In this document: piece after piece, positions 9,661 through 18,263 of the stretch | How positions within the stretch are numbered: position 1 is the first letter of the stretch | Layout of the letters: each line of letters begins with the position of its first letter | DNA from: Paraspadella gotoi | Taxonomy: Eukaryota; Animalia; Chaetognatha | Assembly: GCA_051294375.1 (NCBI GenBank) | Contig: JBJCIZ010001091.1 | Span: forward strand, 1-18,263 | DNA length: 18,263 nt | Direction: 5' to 3' | The notes under the pieces: model-generated | Databases searched by the model: none | Told to the model about the DNA's origin: nothing | Seen by the model: only the letters and a program-made list of their open reading frames with translations | Made by a program: the position numbers and the translations under genes

Positions 9661-12600
9661 GGCGTTGCTACATGGAATAGTGGTGGGGTGCAATGCTAAC
9701 ACTTGGTCAGAGAAAGGGCAAACTGGTTGCTTGGATTACTTTAATGCTGACAGGAGGATTATGAATGGTTTGGGGATTCAAGAGACACATTGTAAGGACG
9801 ATATGCTAACTTATGTCAGGCCGTAAATGATATGAAACTAAGGTATTCAGTGTTTTATCATAGTCCAGCTGTGATGGAGATGCAATTATGCTGGAATATT
9901 ATGCATTGTGTCAGATTGATTGGGAAGTGTTTTTAAAAGAGTGAGTTTACCTGGCTAGGCATTATGTCAGCTAAATTAAAAGTGTGGTTTTTGGTGACTG
10001 TGGTTAATTTTATTGTGCATTTATGGAAAGAGTGATTGTTCCAGTAATAGTAACATGGTTAATAAATTTGGAGAGATGGATTGCATAATTCTTTGTGCAT
10101 AATGTATATTAGGTGATTTTAATTTTGTTGAAGAAAATAGAGGATAGAAGCGCTTTGACTTATAAACACCTTTATGATAGAAATTTAAGGATATTTTTAC
10201 TCCTATAAAAAAAATTTTAAGTGCATGATGTTTTTAGACTATTAAAAAAGGGGACGCGAATGAATGTACTTTAAAATGGGCCAGGAGGAATTACAAAGTT
10301 AGGATAGACAGAGTTTATGTTGAAGAGGCTTGATTGGTTGCGTGTGAATAAAATTTACCAGCCAATCATGGTCCCGGGGGTAGGAATTTGGGCATAAAAT
10401 TATTTTGAAGATAGAATTTCAAGAAAAATTAGAACTAGGGATGTGGTTATTGCGAAAATTTAATGTTTCTTCTTTTGAGTGATCTTGATTTTTAGGATGG
10501 ATGAGGTAAACTTGGGGAAAATTTTAGGGGAGATAAACATGAATTTGAGAAATATAGGAGAATTGCGTGGGACTTGTTGCTAATCCATAGTGCGCAGGCG
10601 TAAGCTATTAGATTTTGCCAAGCGAGAAAAAGGAATGGCGAGAGAATAGAATTGTATAAGAGGGTTAGGAAAAGGAAAAGGAAATAGGCGGGAAAATGAG
10701 ATTCGAGAAAGGTAGGGGATCAATTTTTAATAAAAATTTCAATTTAGTCTGGATCAAGGAAAGATTAGCAGAAGAAGAAGAAAAGGTAAAGCCGAAGGAG
10801 CAAGGATTAGGTCACGTGCTACCACATTTTGGAAGTCAATGAGCCAGGATTAAGCTTATTTTAGTAGAGTTGAAAAAATCGATGTGTTGCGGGGAAATTT
10901 AAAATTTTATGCTTTACGAGATAAAACAAGGACAAATAAGGAAGAGGTTCAGAAGGGTTAGTCAAGGTTGCTCAATGAACATTTATATTGGTTATGTTTA
11001 GTGAAGAGATATAGATGGAATAATTTCAAGATGAATTCTTGAGTTTGTGTGGACAAAGAATTGGCATAGGACAAACGAGAATGGTGTGAAAAAGCGTCAA
11101 TTGAAAAGATGAAGTGGAAAATGGTTTTGAAGGGAATGGCCTCAGGGGAGGTCGCCAGGGCGGATGCGATTCCCTGCCGAGTTTTTGGAGAATATTTTTG
11201 GGGTTTTAGTTGGTGATTTGATTTTATGGCAACTGATTGAGGGATTTTTTGAGAGTGGACATTTAACAAAATCTATGTCAGAAGCGCTGCAGTAAGATTG
11301 ATCCATAAGAAAGGTGATAGAGATAATGCTAAAGAACTATATGACCTGTTTAGTTTTGGTTAATGTTTGAATTTATAAAATTGCTTAGCTGGCTGCTATT
11401 GTATAAATGGCACGACTAGTCTCTGATTTACCCGGATTTAATACATGAAGATCAGGCTGGTCTACCAGGAGAAATTTAGTTTGATGTTTTACATGTTATA
11501 CAGGATGTTGTGCAGTTACTGTGAATTGAATAATAAAGAAGGGGCCTTAATATTTTCAGATCTTTGAAAAATTTTTGATTAGGGTTTGAGCATTAGTTTT
11601 GTTTTTAAGCATTGGAAAAATATGGGCTTTGGGCGAGAACATAGAGATGGGTAAGACATTTTATAATAAGGTGAATAGTAGAATTTTAGTTATATGGTCA
11701 TTGGTCAGAAGCAGGATAATGGTTAATAGAGGATTAAGGCAGGGAGATTCTCCCTCATGCCTGTATATATTAGTGGCTTTGAGGTTTTTTGCGTACATCA
11801 ATAAGGAAAGATAATAATATAATGACGTTTATAAGGGTTAAGGGGCTGAGAGAAAGGGTTAGGGGGTTTATGTTGATGATACTCAAAGGATTTCCTGGGG
11901 TCAGAAGGAGTTCAGTTGAAAGGTTTATGGATTAAGGCCACTCGTTATTGAGTGGGCTGCAGGTTCGAGGGTTAATAGGGGCAAGTCAGTAGGTATCTGG
12001 TAGGTCCATTTAAAAGGTTAAGACTGACGATTTTTGTGGATTTAATGGCAAGATAAGGCTAAGCGTTCTAGGATTTTGGGTTTAGGACTTGGGGATCTGG
12101 TTTCTTTGCAAATTTGAACCCAGTTATACTGGAATATAGATCAAAGTTTAGCATTCTGGGAATGGACGCGCCCTGTCAAACCCTAGGAGGGCAAAGGTTG
12201 CTAATGTATTCTTATACTCTGCTTATGCGTTATAGACAGAAATTTGACACCCCCATTGCGGTGATATGAAGGATTGGCAAAAGGAAGTGAGTGATTGGAT
12301 GTTTACGGGTAGAAAAAGGAAGTAGCGTAAAGAAAGATTAAGAGATTCTTATTTAAAAGGCCGGTGCTCCAATTAGTAGATATTAAAGAATTAAAGTGAA
12401 GAGCACAGAGAATAATTTGTGGGTTAAAGATTGCTTACAATGCCAGAAGGATCTTTTCCATGAATACTAGCTGGAGAACTAATTGGATCACAGAATAATG
12501 GACTTTTATGGATTAAGTTGTTTTAAAAGCTAAGGAGAGAGGAATGCGGGGTAGTGCGTTAACGGATTTTTATGCTGAGGTGATGAGGGCTTTGGGCTTG

Positions 12601-13634
12601 ATTTGGATTAACGCAGATATGAAATAGGGAATCTACCTACTTTAATTATGATTTTATGTTAACCTTCTATAAACTGATGAGAAATGAACCAGATGATGAA
12701 ACCTGAGGGTTTTCTCTTAGGCAGCCTCTTTTGACAAAGGTGTTAGGACTGTAGGTCATTTTTTTAAATCTACCAATGAATGAAATTCCACATCGGTGAG
12801 AAGAATGTTATTCGATATTCCAGTTTTCAGGAGTTAAGGAGGAACAAATAGAAAGCTATTGTCCCAACTGCATCTGTCCACCTGATTAATATAATCTCAG
12901 ACAGAATAGGGGAGAAAGGAGATTATCAGAGGTTTCTTATGCGCGCCGAAATTTATTCACAATTGAGGGTCAAATGTGCGTTGTTTATACGACATTATTG
13001 AGGATAAATTGGGGAAAGAGCTCTTACGGTATGAATTTCTTCTGACCAATGGGCTGGAGTATGGAGTGCATTATATGCTGTTCAAAGTATCTTATTATGT
13101 AAAAACTGCTGTTATGGGCGACAGATTGGTTTTTAAATTTTTTTGGACTCTTATATGGGATTATGCGTATTTGGGTAGAGGTGATGGAATATGCCAGTTG
13201 TGTGGCTGTGTGCAGATGAGAGAAGGAGATGGCATACTGTGATAGAATGCGAAGTGGTGATTAGATTATGGGGAAAAATTAAGGTGTGACTTTGATTAGA
13301 TTGGATGATAGGAGAGTTTGATAAAAAAGAGATGTGATTAGTTTAACGTGCGTGTGGGCGGTAGTTAAGGTTAAACTAAGAATAAGTTAGGTTATATGTT
13401 AAGGACAATTAGTTAATTGTAAATGAAGCGGGGATAACAATTAGAAGGGTTTGGAAACTGCAGGTAGGAGAAATTGTGCGGGAATGTTTCTGTATTTCAC
13501 TAAGGAAGAATTAGAGGAAGAATATTGGTTAAGCAAAAGTTAAGGAACATTAAGAGGTTTTTGAGAAAACTAACTTTAGTTAAGAGGGATATTGGTAGAA
13601 TAGGGATGGAGAAAGGTCAGATAGAATGGGGGTA
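9661..13634 (+). pseudogene. LINE ORF2 (AP-endonuclease + reverse transcriptase + C-terminal Cys/His motif), multiply frameshifted
   Basis: APE: VATWNSGG (9664-), GIQETH (9773-9790), ILGDFN (10106-10123), RIDRVY (10301-), ANH at the SDH position (10361-). RT: SPG-x-D..PAEF-like (~11152-11185), LIHKKGD (~11297-11317), LIHEDQAG (~11438-11461), GLRQGD (~11730-11747), YVDDT (11869-11883), AGSRVNRGKS (~11958-11987). C-terminal CQLC...H...C (13192-13250). Ends ...EWG* at ~13634. Confidence 0.92.
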
Positions 13635-13883
13635 ACTTGTTAAAAAATGTAAGGATAGGATATTGGACACGTTTACTTAATGAAGGTATTGCCTATTGCA
13701 GTATTGTGTATAAACTAACAGTATTGGGTTAAAGAATATTGCTTTACCATTAAAATACCATTACCATTAACCAGAATTTAAAGCTGATTAATAATTAAAC
13801 TTTATCTTTAACTCTAACTTCTAACCTAACCTTTATATTTAACATTTAACTTTAAAAAATTTAAGATTGAGTACGCTTATATT

Positions 13884-16800
13884 TAGTCACATTTTCATCA
13901 CATATTGTATTAGGGTTCAGAATTTTATCATGCTTGGTCCTTTAATTACTACGTCATTACGTCATTTTATGTCAATTAGTAACGTTTTTTTGGAACATTT
14001 GTCATTTTAGTCACATTTGATAAAATATTTTATTTAATTAGTTCACATTATGTTCAATTTATGTCAATTTATACACAATTTTGGTCACGTTTAGTCATAT
14101 TGTATAGGGTTCAGTACTTTTTATCATGTTTGGTCCTGTAATTATTACGTCATTACGTCATTTTATTGTCATTTTAGTAACGTTTGGAAACATTTATGTC
14201 CATTTAGTCACATTTGATAATATTTAATCTAAATTAGTCACATGTATTATCAATATGTCAATTTTATACACATTATTGTGTCACGTTTTAGTCATTACCT
14301 CGATTTATATTTATTATAATATATATATTATGTAATTATATTATAGTGTCACTATCCTATTTAAGGTCAATTTAAGTCATTTATTGTCATTTAATTTGAT
14401 CTTTAGTCATTTTATTATTCCTATATCATTACATTGTCATTTTAGTTGTGCTAGTTTTATTAAGTCCATTATAGCCAAATTTACGTAAATTATTTATCGT
14501 GATAGTTATATTTTGGTCCTTTTCATGTCATTTGTAATTATGATGAGTCATTATGTAATTTTTAATTCATATTTAGGCCAATGGTATGTCATTTACGGTT
14601 ATTTAGGCCCAAGTTTTGGTCCTTTTTCATACGTTCATTGTGTCCATGTTTCATTTGTATGTTTCGTTATATCATTTTGGGTCATTTTTCAGTCATTTCA
14701 TTGCTTTTATGTCATTTAATTATGTCACTATAGTTATATTTTGATCCCTTATGGTCCATTTTTATTTTATTTTGCGTCCTTAAGTTAATTTTAATCATTG
14801 TTTTGCATTTTATTATCATTTACATCATTTAGAGTCATGTTTGGTCCTTTATTCATTTCATGTCATTGTGTTCATGTCATTGAATTGTAGTTATATCCAA
14901 TTTGGATCATTTTTAGTTCTTTAAGGTTGTTGTTTTTTATGTCAGTTTACGTCAATTTTGTCGTGATAGCTTACATTTTGGTACCTTAATTGTCATTTTA
15001 TTGTGTTTGGTGTCATTTGTAATTTTTAATCATGTTTTGGTCATTTTATGTCATTTTAAGTCAGTTTGGCCTTGAATACATTATGTTATTATGTCATGTC
15101 ATTTGAATGTGTTATTTATCATTTTGGGGTCAAATTAGTCACAGGTCATTTATGTCATTTTACGTCAATTATGCCGTGATAGTTACATTGGTTCCTTTAT
15201 GTCATTTTTATGTGTAGTGTGTTTACATAATTTTAATTATGTCTGGTTCTATTTTATGTCATTAACAACATTAAGTCAATATTTAGTCCCTTTATTTCAT
15301 TACGCTCATTATGACATGTCATTGTATGTCGTTTACACATTTGGGCCATATTAGTCATAAGGTCAATGATCTTTTTATATAATTTATTATACAATTGTTA
15401 TGATGAATACATTTATCCCTTTTATGTCAATTTTAATATGTTGTTGAGTAAATTTAATTATGTTTGGTCATTTTTATGTTATTTACGAAATCTAAGTTCA
15501 TTGTTTGGCTTCCTTTATTCATTACGTCATTTGTGACATGTCATTTATATGGTTGTTAAAATCATTTTAGATCATTTTAGTCATAAGGTTATTCATTTGT
15601 CTTTCATGTTATTTTATGTTCACTTATGGTCATTATGTAAACTCGTGTTTTTTATTATTTTTGAAATAAAAAAAAAAAAAAAAAAAAAAATTACCTCGAT
15701 TTATTATTATATTAACTATTATATTATTGTAATTATATATATTATATATATAGTTGTCACTATCCTATTTGAAGGGTACAATTTAAGTCATTTATGTCAT
15801 TTTAATTGTGATTCTTTAGTAACATATTTTATTAATAATCCTATTTATCATCGACATGTCATTTTAGTTGTTGCTAGTTTTTATAAGTCATATGACCAAT
15901 TTACGTAAATTATATCGTGATAGTTATATTTGGTCCTTTCCATGTCATTTTATTATGAATGAGTCATTATGTAATTTTAATCCATATTAGGCCAATGTAA
16001 TGTCATTTACTGTTATTTTTATGTGCCAAGTTTGGCCTTATTCATTACGTCATTGTGATCATGTCTCATTGTTATCTGTCGTTTATATCATTTTTGAGAG
16101 ATTTCAGTCATAAGGTCATTGTCTCTTTATGTCATTTAATATGTCACGATAGTTATATTTGATCCCTATGTCATTTTATTTTATTGCGTTCTTAAGAAAT
16201 TAATCATGTTTTGTCCATTTTTTATATCATTTACATCATTTTAAGTTTCATGTTTGGGTCCTTTATTTCATCTGATGTCATTGTTGTCATGTCATTGAAT
16301 GTAGTTATTATCAATTTGGCATCATTTTAGTCATAAAGGTTGTTGTTTTTTATGTCAGTTTACGTCAAATTTTGTCGTGATAGTTTACATTTGGTACCTA
16401 ATATCATTTTTAAATTGTGGTTGGTGTCATTTTCTAATTTTAATACAATGTTTGTCATTTTATATCATTTACATTCTTTTATAGTCATGTTTGTCTTCTT
16501 ATTACATCATGTTTGTGGTCATGTCATTGAATTGTAGTTATTAATCAATTTGGATCATTTTAGTCATAAAGGTTCGTTGTTTTTTATGTCAGTTTACGTA
16601 TCAATTTGTCGTGTAGTTACATTTGGTATCCTTAATGTCATTTCATTGTGTTGTGTCATTTGTAATTTTAATACATGTTTGGTCATTTTATGTCATTTAA
16701 GGTCAGGGTTTGGACCTTAATACATTATTGTTATTATGTCATGTTCATTTTGAATGTCGTTATATCATTTTGGGTTAAAATTTAGTCCATCAAGATCGAT

Positions 16801-17386
16801 TTAATTGTCATTTTACGTCAATTATGCCGTGATAGTTTTACATTCCTGGTTCCTTTATGTCCATTTTAGTGTGTAGTGTGTGTTTACATAATTTTAATTA
16901 TGTCTGGCGGTCATTTTTATTGTCATTAACAACATTTTAAGTCATATTTTAGTCCTTTATTTCATTAACGGTTTGAATGTACATTAGACATGTCATTTGT
17001 ATGTTCGTTACATATTTCATTTTTGCGGCCATATTTACGTACATAAAGGTCAAATCTTTTATGTAAATTTTATATAAATTTGGATTATGATGAATACATT
17101 TAATCCCTATTTATGTCTATTTATAATAATGTTGTTGAAGTAAATTTAATTATGTTTGGTCATTTTTTATGCTTATTTACGTATCTAAGGTCATGTTTTG
17201 GTCCTTTATTCATTACGATCATTTGTGACATGTCTATATAAGTGTTTGTTAATAATCACTTTTAGAATCATTTTAGTCATAACAGGTTATTAATTGTCTT
17301 TCATGTATTGTTATGTCACTTATGTCATTATGTAAACTGTGTTTTTTATTATTTTTGAAATTAAAAAAAAAAAAAAAAAAAAAAAA
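13884..17386 (+). repeat. Hierarchical AT-rich satellite (TGTCATTT subrepeats; ~230-bp monomers; two higher-order units 14295-15690 and 15691-17386 each ending in poly(A))
   Basis: TTACCTCGATTTAT at 14295 and 15691; GTCATTATGTAAACT...TTTTGAAAT + A23 (15668-15690) and A24 (17363-17386); monomer landmark GATAGTTA(T/C)ATT(T)GGT at ~14501, 14729, 14965, 15178 and ~15919, 16148, 16379, 16612, 16831; preceded by a ~197-bp dimer (~13900-14098, ~14099-14295). Confidence 0.92.
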
Positions 17387-17387
17387 T

Positions 17388-18263
17388 TTAGAAAGCGATA
17401 GAATGATAGAAGGTATTGAAAATTAAAGGGCTGCATGATGAGACGGAAATTCGTGAAGAGGAATCTCCAAAGAAAAGTAGGGGTCTATGTCGATGACACC
17501 CAGGGTTTCTTGGGGTCAGAAGCATTGGTAGAGAGTTTTAGGGAAAAGGCAGTACGTTATTAAAGGGCAGCAGGGTCAAGGGTTAACAGAAGTAAGTCAG
17601 TAGGGTTGTGGTTAGGCCCTTGGAAAGATAAACCTAAGGATTTCTGTGGTCGGACCTGGAAAGACATTGCAAAGGTCTTAGGAACGTGGGTAGGTCGAGG
17701 TGATTTGATAAAAGCAAATTTTGCTGATGTTTTTCAAGGTATTAAGTCAAGGTTGACCCTGTGGAAAACTCGGCCATTGTCAACCTTAGGAAGGGCAAAG
17801 GTTACTAATATATTTCTTTGATGATATATATATTGATGCCTTAGAAACTGAGGTACAAAATTGGATGTTTTATGGTAGAAAAGAGATTGCTAAGGATAGG
17901 CTGAGGGATTCCTATTATAATGATGGAGCGCAATTAATGGATATATATGTGTTTTATTCGTTTACAACAATTAGTTGAAACAGTACATTCAAAAGGGCAT
18001 ACAGCATTACAGATAAACGCATAAATTGTACAGTTTACAATTCAACAAAATATAAATATATAAATTAACAGAACGAAAAAAAAAATCAGAGATAAGGTTA
18101 AAGCACAGAGAATAATGTGGATTAAAAGATTGTTAAGCATGCCTAAGGAATCTTTTTCCAGAGTTTTAGCGGATAAGCTTATTGGAGGACAATCTTGTGG
18201 CTTTTATGGATTGGATAGCCTTTGGGCAAATGTAGCGGGATTACCTTTGGTATTAGTCGGGTT
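17388..18263 (+). pseudogene. Second L1/Tx1-like LINE ORF2 fragment (RT C-terminal half), 5'-truncated, runs off window
   Basis: VGVYVDDTQGFLGS (YVDD 17486-17497), AAGSRVNRSKSVGLWLG, KTRPLSTLGRAKVTNIFL, NWMFYGRKEIAKDRLRDSY; collinear with ~11820-12540 of copy 1 but with many substitutions; in-frame TAA at 17560 and a short deletion near 17820. Confidence 0.92.
17943..18084 (-). mobile_element. 142-bp insertion resembling an antisense retroelement/mRNA 3' end
   Basis: Removing it restores QLMD|IRDKVKAQRI; the minus strand is T-rich with AATAAA (plus TTTATT 17953-17958) followed by ACACATATATAT. Confidence 0.6.

Larger units (their letters stand above)
8715..13775 (+). mobile_element. Non-LTR retrotransposon, L1/Tx1-like LINE, near full length, disrupted
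   Basis: Abrupt compositional shift at ~8715; collinear APE, RT and CCHC motifs downstream; short 3' UTR with TACCAT-type repeated tail at ~13744-13772. Boundaries are approximate; no TSD found. Confidence 0.88.

Noticed and set aside
8713-11269. Minus-strand ORFs 8713-9102, 8726-9142 and 10958-11269
   Set aside because: Antisense shadows of the purine-rich LINE sense strand; low complexity with no recognisable domain.
13805-13860. Telomeric repeat array
   Set aside because: Only a couple of CTAAC/CCTAA-like words among degenerate hexamers; too short and irregular.
14513-16537. ORFs within the satellite (14513-14719, 15549-15908, 16340-16537)
   Set aside because: Chance stop-free frames of GTCATTT repeats; not maintained between the two higher-order units.

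Overview
AT-rich eukaryotic (probably invertebrate; inferred from composition and repeat types) repeat cluster with no intact protein-coding gene. From left to right: (i) DINE-1/HINE-like (Helentron-associated) non-autonomous elements at 1-1322; (ii) three copies of a second HINE-like family (minus ~1697-2375, plus ~3674-8072, plus ~8090-8690); (iii) a perfect 238-bp inverted repeat with a 67-bp spacer (2804-3346), bounded by TTAA and with a TTAA-flanked MITE-like core; (iv) a 3.07-kb CAC...GTG foldback DNA transposon with ~870-bp TIRs and a TTTG 4-bp TSD (Chapaev-like, 4923-7987) nested in a minisatellite of the HINE; (v) a near full-length but frameshifted L1/Tx1-type LINE (APE + RT + C-terminal CCHC, ~8715-13775); (vi) a hierarchical GTCAT satellite arranged as two poly(A)-ended higher-order units (13884-17386); (vii) a second, 5'-truncated related LINE fragment with a 142-bp antisense insertion. 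Most repeat copies differ by many 1-bp indels (decay or unpolished long-read error), which makes the mismatch-free 238-bp inverted repeat the main outlier. All alignments were done by eye.
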